The notes beneath the pieces were generated by a model. It had not been told where the DNA came from. It was given only the letters and a program-made list of their open reading frames with translations, and did no database searches. DNA of 64,000 nucleotides from the human T2T-CHM13v2.0 reference genome, Homo sapiens, in NCBI RefSeq assembly GCF_009914755.1, contig NC_060944.1, one strand, 5' to 3'. Shown here in pieces: positions 63,801 to 64,000 of the stretch (position 1 is its first letter; every line of letters begins with the position of its first letter). Position numbers and translations under genes: made by a program.

Positions 63801-64000
63801 AATATCTTCCCATAAAAACTAGACAGAAGCATTCTCAGAAACTTGTTTGTGATGTGTGCCCTCTACTGACAGAGTTGAAACTTTCTTTGCAAAGAGCAGT
63901 TTTGAAACACTCTTTTTGTAGAATCTGCAAGAGGATATTTGGATAGCTTTGAGGATTTCTTGGGAAACGGGAATGTCTTCAGATAAACTCTAGACAGAAG
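60859..64000 (+). repeat. Canonical 16-mer U22 and the start of U23 (truncated by the window)
   Basis: Anchor spacing 2719 (60859->63578). Confidence 0.95.

Larger units (their letters stand above)
1..64000 (+). repeat. Centromeric alpha-satellite HOR array, SF2 dimeric type, 16-mer of 2719 bp; probably human chr20 D20Z2 (S2C20H1L)
   Basis: ~170-bp monomers starting CATTCTCAGAAAC run throughout. Monomers with TTTCGTTGGAAACGGGA alternate with monomers carrying GTGAAAAAGGAAATATC. Identical spurious ORFs recur at a 2719-bp period. Alpha-satellite identity is near certain. The chromosome call rests on recalled knowledge (the other well-known 16-mer, D17Z1, is pentameric SF3) and is less certain, about 0.85. 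Confidence 0.98.

Noticed and set aside
1-64000. CRISPR-like pattern of conserved motifs (e.g. AGACAGAAGCATTCTCAGAAAC) at regular spacing
   Set aside because: The intervening sequence is homologous and repeated rather than unique spacers, the period is ~170 bp, and there are no cas genes.
1-64000. Assignment to D17Z1 (also a ~2.7-kb 16-mer)
   Set aside because: D17Z1 is pentameric SF3, whereas this array has strict A/B dimer alternation with SF2-like monomers.
1-64000. Transposon insertion, inversion or non-satellite island
   Set aside because: Every inter-anchor distance is explained by whole monomers (plus one 1-bp indel type), and the orientation is constant. I saw no poly-A tails or foreign sequence.
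1-64000. A previously undescribed gene-based biological system
   Set aside because: Nothing in the sequence supports one. HOR variants, hybrid monomers and conversion are known phenomena in alpha satellite, so only the specific events here may be undescribed, and I cannot check that without a database.

Overview
The whole 64 kb window is one uninterrupted, single-orientation array of primate (very probably human) centromeric alpha satellite. It holds about 376 monomers of ~170 bp, arranged as alternating A-type (pJ-alpha box) and B-type (CENP-B box) monomers of the SF2 dimeric type, in a 16-monomer higher-order repeat (HOR) of 2719 bp. A dimeric SF2 16-mer of this size best fits the live chromosome 20 array (D20Z2/S2C20H1L); I assign this from recall, not from an alignment. 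With an arbitrary phase, HOR copies start at 8, 2727, 5446, 8166, 11566, 14285, 17004, 19723, 22442, 25161, 27880, 30599, 33318, 36037, 38756, 42838, 45899, 48618, 51678, 54738, 57798, 60859 and 63578 (U1-U23; U23 is partial). Of the 22 complete copies, 15 are 16-mers (one with a 1-bp insertion), one is a 20-mer, one a 24-mer and five are 18-mers. I see no genes, transposon insertions or inversions, and all ORFs in the track are repeat artefacts. I cannot support a new gene system here. What is interesting is the readable recombination record: a 4082-bp out-of-register tandem duplication, three differently built 18-mers at one dimer hotspot, a 20-mer joining two haplotypes, alternating SNP haplotypes forming a 2-HOR super-period, micro gene-conversion between paralogous monomers, and a 6+6+4 ancestral substructure. 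All SNP calls were read by eye.
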